From the NCBI GenBank assembly GCA_045805285.1, contig JBJMLN010000121.1:8126-72125 (forward strand): a stretch of 64,000 nt of DNA, given 5' to 3'. Of the stretch, positions 18,552 to 29,323 are shown in pieces (positions within the stretch are counted from its first letter, which is position 1; each line of letters opens with the position of its first letter). The notes beneath the pieces were generated by a model. The model made no database searches. It was not told the DNA's origin and saw nothing but the letters and a program-made list of their open reading frames with translations. The position numbers and the translations under genes were made by a program. This DNA comes from Actinomycetota bacterium. GTDB taxonomy: Bacteria; Actinomycetota; UBA4738; JBJMLN01.

Positions 18552-19283
18552 ATGGAGAACGAGTGGGACGAGGACGATGCCGCGACCTACGACGACTCTC
18601 AGTGGGAGGAGTTCCAGCCGGCCACGATCGAGGCCACCGTTGATTTCCTGGCAGACAACGCGCGCGGGGGGCGAGCTCTGGAGCTCGGCGTCGGAACGGG
18701 CCGGATCGCGCTCCCGCTTGCCGCGCGCGGCATCAACGTGAGCGGGATCGACCTCTCCGAGCCGATGGTCGCGAAGCTCAAGCAGAAGCCCGGCGGCGCG
18801 GATATCGACGTCACGATCGGAGACTTCTCAACGACGCGTGCCAAAGGTTCGTTCTCGCTTGCGTACCTCGTCTACAACACCATCGAGAACCTGACGACCC
18901 AGGAGGAGCAGGTCGCCTGCTTCCGCAACGTCGCTGCGCATCTCGAGCCTGGCGGCAGGTTCGTGATCGAGGTCGGCGTCCCGGGTCTGCAGCGGCTGCC
19001 GGTGGGTGAGACGTATCAGGTGTTCCACGGCAGCGACGACTACTGGGGCGTGGACGAGTACGACGTCGTGAACCAGGGCCTGATCTCGCACCACGTCGAG
19101 AACGTTGACGGACGGTACGAACGCTCCTCCGGGACGTTCCGCTACGTCTGGCCCTCGGAACTCGACCTCATGGCGCGGATCGCCGGCATGGAGCTCCGGG
19201 AGCGCTGGCAGGACTGGAGACGCGAGCCGTTCACGAGCGAGAGCCGCAAGCACGTCTCCGTCTGGGAGAAACCGTCCGCGTAG
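18552..19283 (+). CDS. Class I SAM-dependent methyltransferase
   Basis: ALELGVGTGRIALPLA...GIDLSEPM. Confidence 0.92.
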   Translation: MENEWDEDDAATYDDSQWEEFQPATIEATVDFLADNARGGRALELGVGTGRIALPLAARGINVSGIDLSEPMVAKLKQKPGGADIDVTIGDFSTTRAKGSFSLAYLVYNTIENLTTQEEQVACFRNVAAHLEPGGRFVIEVGVPGLQRLPVGETYQVFHGSDDYWGVDEYDVVNQGLISHHVENVDGRYERSSGTFRYVWPSELDLMARIAGMELRERWQDWRREPFTSESRKHVSVWEKPSA

Positions 19284-19310
19284 TGCGACCTCCTGAGTAA
19301 GCTCGAACAC

Positions 19311-20216
19311 ATGGGAGAGATCCGCGTCGGCATCTCCAGTTGGACGGAGCCGACGCTCGTGAAAGAGGGCCACTTCTACCCGCCGGGAACGAAGTCGGCC
19401 GAAGATCGCCTGCGGTTCTACGCGGAGCAGTTCCCGATCGTGGAGGTCGACTCCACCTACTACTTCCCGCCGTCGGAGCGGAACTCCGAACTCTGGATCG
19501 AGCGGACGCCCAAGGACTTCACGTTCAACATCAAGGCGTACTCGCTGCTGACGGAGCACCCGACGAAACCGGATTCGCTCTACAAGGACGTCCAGGAGAT
19601 GGTTCCCGACGAGGCGCGCGAGAAGAAGAACCTGTACCGCAAGGACCTGCCGAACGAGGCAGTGGAGGAGGTCTGGCAGCGTTTCCACGACGCGCTGATG
19701 CCGCTGCACTCCACCGGGAAGCTCGGCGCGGTGCTCTTCCAGTTCCCGCAGTGGTTCGTGATCGCACGCAAGAACAAGGCCTACATCGAGGAGGTCGCGG
19801 AGCGGCTGAAGGACTTCCGCATCGCGGTGGAGTTCCGCCACAAGTCGTGGATGGAGGATCGAAACCTCGAGGAGACTTTGACGTTCCTCGAGGAGCGGAA
19901 TCTGCCTCTTGTCTGCGTCGACATGCCGCAGGGGTTCGACTCGTCGCTACCTCGGATCGCGGCGGCAACCGCGAAGGATCTCTCGATGGTGCGGTTCCAC
20001 GGCCGCGATCCCGAAGCATGGAAACGCAAGGCCGGCGGCGCCGCGGAGCGTTTCCGCTACGACTACAGCGACAAGGAGCTGCAGGAGTGGGTTCCGAAGA
20101 TCGAGGAGCTTTCCGAAGAGACCCGGGAGACGCACGTGTTGATGAACAACTGCTACCGCGACTTCGCGGTCAACAACGCGCGCCAGCTCTCCGGATTGCT
20201 CGGCGTCGAGGAGTAG
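19311..20216 (+). CDS. DUF72 family protein
   Basis: VGISSW...YAEQFPIVEVDSTYY...LFQFP...AVEFRH...VRFHGR...RYDYS...MNNC. Confidence 0.92.
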   Translation: MGEIRVGISSWTEPTLVKEGHFYPPGTKSAEDRLRFYAEQFPIVEVDSTYYFPPSERNSELWIERTPKDFTFNIKAYSLLTEHPTKPDSLYKDVQEMVPDEAREKKNLYRKDLPNEAVEEVWQRFHDALMPLHSTGKLGAVLFQFPQWFVIARKNKAYIEEVAERLKDFRIAVEFRHKSWMEDRNLEETLTFLEERNLPLVCVDMPQGFDSSLPRIAAATAKDLSMVRFHGRDPEAWKRKAGGAAERFRYDYSDKELQEWVPKIEELSEETRETHVLMNNCYRDFAVNNARQLSGLLGVEE

Positions 20217-20349
20217 CTACTCCGTCGGAAGACCCAGGGCGAACCAGATTCAAGCCCAGACCTCCGCGTTTCGATGGCTTCGGGAGCTAGCGAGAGCCTG
20301 GAGTACGCTCGGAGGAGCCTCGACCCAGCCTCAGCCACCAAGGAGCGAG

Positions 20350-21447
20350 ATGTTCGGAGGAGGACGCGCCTGGAAGATCGCGTCGATCGGCGGGATCCCC
20401 GTGCGGGTCGACTCTTCCTGGGTATTCATCGCGATCTTCGTCGTCTACAGCCTGGTCGTGCAGTACACGAACAACTACGGACTCCGGCAGTCGACGGCGC
20501 TCCCGCTCGCGCTCTTCACCGCGGTGCTGTTCTTCGGTTCGATCCTCGGTCACGAGCTGTCGCACGCGCTGGTCGCGCGACTCCGCAACGTCGAGGTGTC
20601 GAGCATCACGCTCTACTTCTTCGGTGGCGCGACGGCGACGAAACTCGACAAGCAGCCCGGCGACCAGTTCCTGATCTCCGCTGCGGGTCCCGGAGCGAGC
20701 CTGCTGATCGGAGCCGCGTTCTGGTTCATCTCCCGCGAGACCACCGGAAGCCTCGTCACACTCTCGTTCGGCTACGTCGGATGGATCAACCTCGTCCTCG
20801 CGGCGTTCAACGTGATCCCCGGCTATCCGCTCGACGGCGGCCAGATGCTCCGGGCGGCGGTGTGGCGCGTCTCCGGCAACGAAACGCTCGCGACGAAGGT
20901 CGCGACGATCGGCGGCTTCATCGTCGGCGGCGGACTCCTCGGTCTGGGAGCGCTCGCGCTCTACAGCGGCGACGTCGGCGGCGGGCTCTGGATCGCGCTG
21001 ATCGGCTGGTTCCTGATCCAGAACGCGCAAGGGGCGAGGCGGCGGACGGCCCTCCAATCCGCGCTCAAGGACGCGACGGTTCAGCAGGCGATGGGAGTTC
21101 CACCCGCGGCGATCGGGGCGGAGATGCCGCTGTCACAGGTCCTGGAGACCTACCTCCGCGGCCACGAGCACGAGGCGTTCCCCGTCGTCGAGAACGGACA
21201 CGTGGCTGGCCTGCTGACGTTCGACGCCGCGAGCAAGGTGGGTCAGGTGAACCCGTTCGCGCCGGCGCGTGAGGCGATGATCCCGCTGGCGGAGGTCACC
21301 ACCGTCGCGGTCGACGCGCCGCTGCAGGAGGCGCTCCAGCGACTCGGAGGCAACGGAGCCGCGCTGGTCCTCCGCGACGGCGAGCTCGTGGGAGCGCTCA
21401 CGGCAGGAGACGTCCAGCGCTGGGCGAACGCGAACCACGTCGGCTGA
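20350..21447 (+). CDS. Site-2 protease (M50) with CBS domains
   Basis: HELSH, NVIPGYPLDGG, C-terminal CBS pair. Confidence 0.93.
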   Translation: MFGGGRAWKIASIGGIPVRVDSSWVFIAIFVVYSLVVQYTNNYGLRQSTALPLALFTAVLFFGSILGHELSHALVARLRNVEVSSITLYFFGGATATKLDKQPGDQFLISAAGPGASLLIGAAFWFISRETTGSLVTLSFGYVGWINLVLAAFNVIPGYPLDGGQMLRAAVWRVSGNETLATKVATIGGFIVGGGLLGLGALALYSGDVGGGLWIALIGWFLIQNAQGARRRTALQSALKDATVQQAMGVPPAAIGAEMPLSQVLETYLRGHEHEAFPVVENGHVAGLLTFDAASKVGQVNPFAPAREAMIPLAEVTTVAVDAPLQEALQRLGGNGAALVLRDGELVGALTAGDVQRWANANHVG

Positions 21448-21510
21448 AGGCCTTTCCGCGGCCGTCGGCGCGAGATTGAGTCCGCGCACGAACCTGCCGA
21501 TACGCCGAAC

Positions 21511-21708
21511 ATGGCCACACAGACCTTCGCCCTCCAGGATCGCGACAAGCTCGAAGAAGCCGTCGCATCCGCGGAGGCTGAAGCTCGCCGCCTCGGTCGC
21601 CGGATCGTCGGCGACCCGGTCGTCACGGAGTCGAAGAACGCCGACGGCAGCTCGAGCTGGTGGGTGACCGTGACCGTCGAACGAGAGGTCTCCGGAAGGT
21701 CGGCGTAA
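21511..21708 (+). CDS. Small hypothetical protein (65 aa)
   Basis: ORF fills the intergenic gap with typical codon usage. Confidence 0.55.
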   Translation: MATQTFALQDRDKLEEAVASAEAEARRLGRRIVGDPVVTESKNADGSSSWWVTVTVEREVSGRSA

Positions 21709-21764
21709 CCCGACGCCGGCCCGTCGCGACGAGGCTGTCGTACCCGAGCGCTAGCATCGGCCAC

Positions 21765-24662
21765 GTGCGACCCCTCGGCACGTCTTTCATCGACCCCGAT
21801 CCCAGTCAGCTCCGAGTTCTGGAGCATCGCCGCGGCACGCTCCTCGTCACGGGCGCCTCCGGCACCGGAAAGACCGCCGCCCTCACGGAGCTCTTCGCCC
21901 GGCTGATCGAGGACGGAGCGGATCCGGAGCGGATCGCGCTGGTGACCCGCTCCAAACGCACCCGGGCTGCGGCGCGCCGGACGCTGCTGGAAAGGCTCCG
22001 CAGCTCCCTCCCCGGTCTCCGCGTCCTGACCGTCCACGGGCTTGCGTTCCACGTCGTCTCCACGCGCGCGGAGGAGCTCGGCTACAGCGGGCCGCCGCAG
22101 GTCCTGTCCGCGGCGGAGCAGTATGCGCACGTCCGCGATCTCCTCCGAGGCGAGGACCCCGATCAGTGGCCCGCCTACCGCTCGATGCTCGAGCTCCGCG
22201 GGTTCGCCGATCAGGTCCGGCAGTTCCTCCTCCGCGCGCAGGAGGCGCTCCTGCAGCCGGAGGACATCGCAGCGAAGGCAAAGGAGCGGGGACTGACGGG
22301 CTGGCGCGAGCTCGCCGCGTTCTACCGCCGGTATCTCCAGGTGCTCGACGCGGAGGGAGCCGTCGACTTCGCGGGACTCTTGATGCAGGCGGCCGCCGTT
22401 GCCTCCAAGGGCGAGCCGGAGTTCGACCACCTGCTCGTCGACGACTTCCAGGACTCCACGTTCGCGATGGAGTCACTTCTCGGCGGCCTCCAGCTTACGA
22501 GCCTCAGCGTCGCCGGAGACGCCGACGCGCACGTCTTCTCGTTCCAGGGGACGACGCGCGTGCCGCTGGAGCGCTTCGAGGAGACCTTCGCCGGCGTCGA
22601 GCATGTCGAGCTCACCACGCCGCATCGCGGAACGGACATCGACAAAGCCGCGTGGTACTCGCCGCACTCCTCCGAGGAGCACGCCGCGATCGCGACCGAG
22701 CTCCGGCGAATCCACGCGCAGGAGCGGATCCCCTGGAGCGACCTTGCGGTCGTCGTGCGGCGGCAGGGGTCGGATCTCCCGAGCGTTCTGCGCGCGCTCG
22801 ACGACGCGGGCATCCCGCGATCGGCGCCCGACGGCGGCATCGCGGTCGCGTCGGAGGCCGCGACGTATCCGTACCTCCTCGCACTCCGATGGCTGGCGTA
22901 CCCGGACGGGCGCGCGGAGCGCATCGAGGCGCTCCTCACCTCGGAACTCGGTCGCATCCCGCCCGCGAAGGCGTACGCGCTCGTTCGCGCGGCGCGCGCA
23001 GCCGGAGAGCCGCCCGACGCCGCGTTGCAGCACCACGACGACCTGACCGACGAGGAGATCGCCGCGCTCGACGCATTGCGGAACGCGCTCGACGAGGCGG
23101 AACCGCTCGCGGAACGCTCTGTGGTGGACGCGTTCTCGACGCTGTGGAGAACGCTCCCAGCGTCGAGGCGGCTCGTCGATGCGGCCGCGACGTCTCCGGA
23201 AGCCGAACGCGACCTCGACGCGGTCATGGCGTTCGCCGACGCCGTCGCCGCCGTGGGCGAGCGCGCGGACGCGAGCGTCTCCGCGTTCCTCGACGCCTCC
23301 GGCGCGGGAGAGGACGTCGGCGGCTGGGGCCCGGACGCCCGCAGAGGAGATGCCGTGCAGATCCTCACCGCACACGGCGCAGCCGGCGAGGAGTTCGACA
23401 CCGTCGTCGTCGCGGGCGCTGTGGAGGGAGACTTCCCGAGCCTCTCGCGGCCCGAGCCGATGTTCGATCTCGAGGCGCTCGACCGCGCGATCTCGCAGTC
23501 GGAACGCAACCGTCTCCGCCTCGAGGACGAGCGCCGGCTGTTCCGACTCGTCATCGGACGCGCGCGGCGACGCGTCCTCTTCACGGGGAGCGATCCGCAC
23601 GGAGACGCCGGCGCCCTGAGCGCTCCCTCCCGCTTCGTCACGGAGCTCGGCGTGACGTGGACACCTGCGCCGGGACCCAACGCGCGGGAGCCGCTGACGG
23701 TTGCGGAAGCACAGAGCGCCTGGCGCCTGCAGCTCGCCGACGGCACGCGGCCGGCGCCGGAACGACTCGCCGCCCTCGAAGGTCTGCTCGCGCTGCATTC
23801 CGATCCCGACCGCTGGTGGTTCCAACGCGACTGGACCGACACCGGCCGACCGCTCCACGAGGGGCTCCGCGTTTCCTACTCGCGGCTGTCGCGCCTGGAG
23901 AACTGCGAGTTGCAGTACGTCCTCGGCGAGGAGCTCGGTTTGGAGAGCCGCTCCGGCTACCAGGCTTGGGTCGGGCACCTCGTGCACCGGCTGATCGAGG
24001 ACTGCGAGAACGGGGTCATCGCGCGCGAGCTCCACGCCCTGATCGAAGCCGCGGAGAAACGCTGGCGCCCGAACGAGTTCCCGTCGCACGCCGTGTCGGA
24101 GGCGTTCCGCCGCCTCGTCGTCGGCACGATGCTGCCGGCGTGGTTCCGCGAGTACGGAGCGGCGACCGCGCTGGGACAGGAGACGCACTTCGAGTTCCCC
24201 TTCGCCGGCGCGACCGTCAGCGGAAAGATCGATCGCATCGGCCCGGCCGGCAAGGGCGTCCTCATCACCGACTACAAGACCGGGAAGGCGCGCAACGCCC
24301 CGGATGCGGAGGAGAACCTCCAGCTCGGCATCTACGCGCTCGCGGTGAAGCTCGCGGAGGAGCTCTCCGGCTTCGGACCCGTCAAGGCCGTGGAGCTGGC
24401 GTTCCTGCGCGACCGCGACCGCGACGGAACCGTCAAGCGCACCGTGATGGCGCTCACCTCCGAGACCCGTGAGGCGTACGAGGAGGAGATGGCCGCGCGC
24501 CTCGGAGCCCTGATCGAGCGGCTCACGGCGCTCCAGCTCTCGGAGGTCTACACGCCGAACCCCGAGGCGAACTGCCGGTTCTGCAGCTTCAAGTCGCTGT
24601 GTCCGCTCTTCCCCGAGGGAGCGCCGCTGTTCCCCGAAGCGTCAGCGGAGGTGACCGCGTGA
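21765..24662 (+). CDS. adnA: AdnA-like ATP-dependent helicase/nuclease subunit
   Basis: GASGTGKT Walker A, UvrD-like motifs, C-terminal PD-(D/E)xK (GKIDRI...DYKTG...QLGIY) and CRFCSFKSLC; TAGCAT-N7-GTG. Confidence 0.82.
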   Translation: MRPLGTSFIDPDPSQLRVLEHRRGTLLVTGASGTGKTAALTELFARLIEDGADPERIALVTRSKRTRAAARRTLLERLRSSLPGLRVLTVHGLAFHVVSTRAEELGYSGPPQVLSAAEQYAHVRDLLRGEDPDQWPAYRSMLELRGFADQVRQFLLRAQEALLQPEDIAAKAKERGLTGWRELAAFYRRYLQVLDAEGAVDFAGLLMQAAAVASKGEPEFDHLLVDDFQDSTFAMESLLGGLQLTSLSVAGDADAHVFSFQGTTRVPLERFEETFAGVEHVELTTPHRGTDIDKAAWYSPHSSEEHAAIATELRRIHAQERIPWSDLAVVVRRQGSDLPSVLRALDDAGIPRSAPDGGIAVASEAATYPYLLALRWLAYPDGRAERIEALLTSELGRIPPAKAYALVRAARAAGEPPDAALQHHDDLTDEEIAALDALRNALDEAEPLAERSVVDAFSTLWRTLPASRRLVDAAATSPEAERDLDAVMAFADAVAAVGERADASVSAFLDASGAGEDVGGWGPDARRGDAVQILTAHGAAGEEFDTVVVAGAVEGDFPSLSRPEPMFDLEALDRAISQSERNRLRLEDERRLFRLVIGRARRRVLFTGSDPHGDAGALSAPSRFVTELGVTWTPAPGPNAREPLTVAEAQSAWRLQLADGTRPAPERLAALEGLLALHSDPDRWWFQRDWTDTGRPLHEGLRVSYSRLSRLENCELQYVLGEELGLESRSGYQAWVGHLVHRLIEDCENGVIARELHALIEAAEKRWRPNEFPSHAVSEAFRRLVVGTMLPAWFREYGAATALGQETHFEFPFAGATVSGKIDRIGPAGKGVLITDYKTGKARNAPDAEENLQLGIYALAVKLAEELSGFGPVKAVELAFLRDRDRDGTVKRTVMALTSETREAYEEEMAARLGALIERLTALQLSEVYTPNPEANCRFCSFKSLCPLFPEGAPLFPEASAEVTA

Positions 24663-27600
24663 GCGGCTACCCCGAGGAGATCGTCCTCGCGATGGGAGCG
24701 GGTCCGACGGAGGAGCAATGGCGCGCGATCTCCATGCCGCTGGAGCCGTACGTCGTCGTTGCGGGAGCGGGGTCCGGCAAGACCTCCGTGATGGCGGCGC
24801 GCGTCGTATACCTGGCGCTCGTCGCGCTGGGCCGCGTCGACGCCGGCCACGACGGAGTGCTGCCGGGAAACGTCCTGTGCCTGACCTTCACGAACAAGGC
24901 GACGGAGAACCTGACGCTTCGCATCCGCGCGGCGCTCGCGCATCTCGAGCTCCCGGAGGGCGAGGAGCCGGAGGTCCTCAACTACCACGGGTTCGCCGCG
25001 CAGATCCTGGAGCGCCACGGGCTGCTCGCCGGCATCGAGCCCGGACAGCGCATCCTCACCGCCGCGCAGCGGATCGAGCTCTGCGGGCGCGTCCTCGAGG
25101 AGATGACGTTCGACCACGCGCGCGCGGAGTGGCAGCCGAGTCTCATCCAGAACATCCTGGACCTCTCCGATCAGGCCGCGAACCACCGGGTCGATCCGCT
25201 CGCCGTCGTCGCCTTCAACGAACAGCGGCGCGACAAGCTCCGGCAGCTGAAGAGCGATCGTGCCCTGAAGGCGGCAGAGGAACGCATCGAGCTCGCCATC
25301 GCGGCTGAGCGGTTCCGCGCGATCAAGCAGGAGCTCGGCGTGATCGACTTCGGCGATCAGATCACGCTCGCGCTGAAGACCGTGGAGGGCTACGACGAGG
25401 TCGCCCGCGACTACCGCTCGCGGTTCCGAACGCTGATCCTCGACGAGTACCAGGACACGAACGTCGCGCAAGCGGACCTCCTCCACGGCGTGTTCGGCGA
25501 GGGGTTCCCCGTGACGGCGGTCGGCGACCCGGACCAGAACATCTACGCCTGGCGCGGCGCGAGCCTGTTCAACCTCCTGCGGTTCCCGGAGCGATTCCCG
25601 CTCGCGGACGGCTCCGCTGCGGAGAAGCTGCCGCTGTACACGAACTTCCGAAGCGGCGCGCGGATCCTGTCCGCCGCCGACCGGATCATCGCGGACATCC
25701 CCACCACCCAGCGCCCCGACCCCGACAAGGAGCTCCGTCCGTTCGGTCCGAACGGCGACGGGGAGGTGGAGCTCGCCCGCCTCGCCGACGAGGAGGCGGA
25801 GGCGGCCTGGATCGGCGATCGGATCGTCGCGCTCCACGACGCGGGAGAGCCGTGGTCGAGCGTCGCGGTCCTGTGCCGCAAGTCGCGGTTGTTCGTACCG
25901 CTCCAGAGCGCGTTGTCCGAGCGCCGCGTTCCTGTCGAGATCGTCGGGCTCGCGGGTTTGTTGAAGCTCCCCGCCGTCGTGGAGGTCCTCGCGTACGCGC
26001 GCGCGGTCGACGACCCGTATGCGAGCGTCGAGCTCGCGCGGATCCTCCTCGGCCCCCGATACCGCGTCGGGTTCAAGGACCTCGCGGTCGTCGCGGCGTG
26101 GGCGAAGGGGCGCAACTACGAGCTCCGCGACGAGGAGGAGGACGAGACGACGCCGTTCCTGTTCGCCGAGGCGCTCGAGCACCTCGACGACGAAAGTGTC
26201 CGGCGAGGACTGTCGGACGAGGGCTACGCGAGGCTGCAGGAGTTCCGGCGCGAGCTGGCGGAGCTCCGCGTGGAGGCCCGTCGCCCCGTCGGAGAGTTCC
26301 TCGCCGAGGTCGTCCGCCGCACCGGATTGCTCGCGGAGCTCGAGGCGTCTCCCGACCGCGCCGCCGCGGCCGCGACGCGCCGGAACCTCGCGGCGTTCCT
26401 CGACGAGGTGCATTCGTTCTCACCCGTGGAGGGAGAGCTCACGCTGCGGCAGTTCCTCGACTACGTCCGCGCGGAGGAGGAGCTCGAGCGCCAGGAGTGG
26501 GCTCCGGTGCAACCGAGCGACGAGGACTCCGTCAAGGTGATGACGATCCATCAGGCGAAGGGGCTGGAGTTCGACACGGTGTTCGTTCCCGGCTTCGCGA
26601 AGGAGATCCTCCCCGACGCGCGCGTGCAGCAGAACCCCGCGGAGAAAGGGAAGTCGCTGGACTTCGACCTCCGCGGAGACGCCGACATCCTCCCGAAGTT
26701 CAGCGACAACCTGAAGCAGTTCTGGTTCGCGCTGCGCGACCAGGCGATGATCGAGGAGCGGCGCACCTGTTACGTGGCGCTCACCCGAGCGAGGCGGCGG
26801 CTGTTCGTCACCGGCGCGCACTGGTACGGGGACGGCGATACCGCGAAGAAGCCGAGCGAGTTCTTCGACGAGCTGGCGGCGTGGGCCCAGGAGACGGGCG
26901 ACGCGAGCGTGGACGACATCGTGGAGGTCTCGGAGGAGAATCCGCTCTACGGCTACCGCGAGCGCCTCGTCGCCCCGTGGCCGGGTCCGGCGTTGCGATC
27001 GGAGCGCGATCCGCTGTTCCGCAACGGTTGGAGGAGGGCGGCCTCGGATGCGGCCCACGCCGGCGCGACGGCCGCCTTGCTGCATCCGAGCGAGGGAACG
27101 CTCCTCGAGACGCTCTCGCCCGAGGAGGTGCAGCGCTTCGAGGAGCTCGCGGCCGGCAAGACTCGCGCGGCGGCGGAGGCGATCGATCGCGACGGAGAAT
27201 CCGTGGCGCCCGCGACGCTCCCTGCGACGATCGCCGTGAGCGGAGCGCTCGAGTACGCGCGGTGCCCGAAGCGCTTCTACTGGACCACGATCCGGCCGCT
27301 ACCGAGCTTCAGCGGTCCGGCCGCGCGGATCGGAACGCAGGTGCACCGCTGGATCGAGCTGCGATCGAGCGGCCAAACGTCGCTCCTGGAGCTGGACGAG
27401 GCGCCGGATCTCACGGCGGAGGAACTTTCCGGCCAGCCCGGGAAGGTCGACCGGCTCCAGCGGAACTTCCTGGAGAGTCGGTTCTCCGGCATCGTGCCGC
27501 TGTTCGCGGAACGGCCGTTCCTGCTGCAGGTCGAGCGGTTCGTGATCTCCGGGAGGATCGACGCGATCTACGGAGAGCCCGACGGGCCGTGGGAGATCGT

Positions 27601-27922
27601 CGACTACAAGACCGGGAGCAAGCCGGCGGCGGACGATCCGCTCTCGTCACTCCAGCTCGACGTGTACGCGCTCGCTTGCACCGAGGTCTGGCGCAAGCGC
27701 CCGGAGGACCTCAAGCTGACGTACCTGTATCTCGCGAGCGGGGACGCGGTCTCCACTCCCGCCGGCGATCCCGCGGAAACGCGCGCCCGACTGCTCGCGT
27801 CGTTCGAACGCATGGCCGCGGGCGAGTTCGAGCCGACGCCGGGCCCGCAGTGCCGCTGGTGCGACTTCCTTCCGTTCTGCGACGCCGGGCAGGCGTTCAT
27901 GGCGGAGCAGGAGCCGGCGTAA
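24659..27922 (+). CDS. adnB: AdnB-like helicase/nuclease subunit
   Basis: AGAGSGKT, DEYQDT, VGDPDQNIY, TIHQAKGLEF, YVALTRA; GRIDA...DYKTG; CRWCDFLPFC; GTGA overlap with adnA. Confidence 0.87.
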   Translation: MSGYPEEIVLAMGAGPTEEQWRAISMPLEPYVVVAGAGSGKTSVMAARVVYLALVALGRVDAGHDGVLPGNVLCLTFTNKATENLTLRIRAALAHLELPEGEEPEVLNYHGFAAQILERHGLLAGIEPGQRILTAAQRIELCGRVLEEMTFDHARAEWQPSLIQNILDLSDQAANHRVDPLAVVAFNEQRRDKLRQLKSDRALKAAEERIELAIAAERFRAIKQELGVIDFGDQITLALKTVEGYDEVARDYRSRFRTLILDEYQDTNVAQADLLHGVFGEGFPVTAVGDPDQNIYAWRGASLFNLLRFPERFPLADGSAAEKLPLYTNFRSGARILSAADRIIADIPTTQRPDPDKELRPFGPNGDGEVELARLADEEAEAAWIGDRIVALHDAGEPWSSVAVLCRKSRLFVPLQSALSERRVPVEIVGLAGLLKLPAVVEVLAYARAVDDPYASVELARILLGPRYRVGFKDLAVVAAWAKGRNYELRDEEEDETTPFLFAEALEHLDDESVRRGLSDEGYARLQEFRRELAELRVEARRPVGEFLAEVVRRTGLLAELEASPDRAAAAATRRNLAAFLDEVHSFSPVEGELTLRQFLDYVRAEEELERQEWAPVQPSDEDSVKVMTIHQAKGLEFDTVFVPGFAKEILPDARVQQNPAEKGKSLDFDLRGDADILPKFSDNLKQFWFALRDQAMIEERRTCYVALTRARRRLFVTGAHWYGDGDTAKKPSEFFDELAAWAQETGDASVDDIVEVSEENPLYGYRERLVAPWPGPALRSERDPLFRNGWRRAASDAAHAGATAALLHPSEGTLLETLSPEEVQRFEELAAGKTRAAAEAIDRDGESVAPATLPATIAVSGALEYARCPKRFYWTTIRPLPSFSGPAARIGTQVHRWIELRSSGQTSLLELDEAPDLTAEELSGQPGKVDRLQRNFLESRFSGIVPLFAERPFLLQVERFVISGRIDAIYGEPDGPWEIVDYKTGSKPAADDPLSSLQLDVYALACTEVWRKRPEDLKLTYLYLASGDAVSTPAGDPAETRARLLASFERMAAGEFEPTPGPQCRWCDFLPFCDAGQAFMAEQEPA

Positions 27923-28021
27923 CGCACCGATTTGCGCCGCTACGACAGGGCAACTACGGTTGCCCGCAGGTCGGCTCCGAAGGGGCGACCGGTTTACCCC
28001 TTGGGAGGGAGGGCGGTCTCC

Positions 28022-28894
28022 ATGCGGAGACTCTGCTCGGTTGCAGCGTTGACGGCGCTCCTCGTCACCGTGCTCCAGGGAACGATCCCGTCGGCTCAGG
28101 CCGGCGCGGCAACGACCTATTACCTCGCGCTCGGCGACTCCCTGTCGGTCGGCCACCAGCCCGGGATGGGCAGGTCGACCCATGAGGGGTACACCGACCA
28201 GCTACTGGGGCGCCTCCGGCAGAGGGCCCCTGGTCTCGCCCTCCGGAACGTCGGCTGCCCGGGAGAGACGACCCGCTCGCTGATCACTGGCAAGCGGACG
28301 CTCTGTCACTACGCGGCGGGGTCGCAGCTCGATGCCGCGGTCACATTCCTGAAGGCGCATCCCGGAGCAACGTCGTTCGTCACGATCGACATCGGCTCGA
28401 ACGATCTCGTCGGGCGGTGCCTCGACTTCCGCACGGGCATGTTCGATCCGGATTGCACGGCCGATCTGATCCCCCGGCTGCGGGCGAGGCTTACCCACAT
28501 CGTCGATGCCCTGCGGAGCGCGGCGGGACCCGATGTGCCGATCGTCGGGATGAAGTATTACGACCCGTTCGTGGGCCTGTGGGCGCTGATCCCGGGAGGA
28601 CACGCCGTCGCGCGCGCCGACCAGCGCGCCTGGGCGATGCTGAACACGGCCCTCACCGCCGCGTACGTCCACTCCGGAGTCGCCGTCGCGGACGTGGCGG
28701 AGACCTTCAAGATCCGCGATTTCAAGGACAGGGTTGAAGTTCCCGGCCTCGGGCCGGTGCCCGTGAACGTCGCGCTCGTCTGCAAGTGGACGTGGTTCTG
28801 TTCGAAGTACTTGGGCGACCCGCACGCGAACCGGACCGGTTACCGCAAGATCGCTGCGACGTTCGAACGGAAGCTCGAGGGTCTTCTGTCGTAG
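28022..28894 (+). CDS. Secreted SGNH/GDSL hydrolase
   Basis: Signal peptide; YLALGDSLS, DIGSND, DPHANRTGY. Confidence 0.88.
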   Translation: MRRLCSVAALTALLVTVLQGTIPSAQAGAATTYYLALGDSLSVGHQPGMGRSTHEGYTDQLLGRLRQRAPGLALRNVGCPGETTRSLITGKRTLCHYAAGSQLDAAVTFLKAHPGATSFVTIDIGSNDLVGRCLDFRTGMFDPDCTADLIPRLRARLTHIVDALRSAAGPDVPIVGMKYYDPFVGLWALIPGGHAVARADQRAWAMLNTALTAAYVHSGVAVADVAETFKIRDFKDRVEVPGLGPVPVNVALVCKWTWFCSKYLGDPHANRTGYRKIAATFERKLEGLLS

Positions 28895-29323
28895 CGGGCG
28901 GCGCTGTCCTAAAGTCGCCTAATGGCCGCTCGGATCCCGCGCGGCGCTGCGTTCTTCTGGGTCCTGCTGGCGACGCTCCTCGGCTTCCCCGTCATCCACG
29001 ATGTGGTGGAGGTACGACGCAAACGCAAACGTGGACATCTCACGGCGAGCCAATCCATCGCGGGTCGTCTCCCCCGCGGACGCGGCCGCCGGTCCGTCGG
29101 AGCGCGCGGAGGATGCGCGTCGTAGGTGACGGGCCGAGTCTGTGCGTCGTATCGGCGATACGGACCGGCCCGGCACCGCCGGACGATCACACCGGAGAGG
29201 AACTCAAGGCTGAGGAGTGTCCCACCCCACGCAGGATGTGAAGACGCCGCCGAGATTGATCCTCCCTCGCACGGTCGTCCTCTCGAGAATCAGGTGCGGG
29301 TCGTAGAGGGCTTAGCGGAGGGC

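Noticed and set aside
23860-27922. Cas4-like PD-(D/E)xK nuclease domains suggesting CRISPR
   Set aside because: They are C-terminal domains of AdnAB-like helicases; I saw no repeat-spacer array or cas genes.
28922-29323. 67-aa ORF with a hydrophobic segment and basic tail, plus other short ORFs in this gap
   Set aside because: No SD, paralog or motif support; the tail looks non-coding. It cannot be excluded as a small membrane protein.
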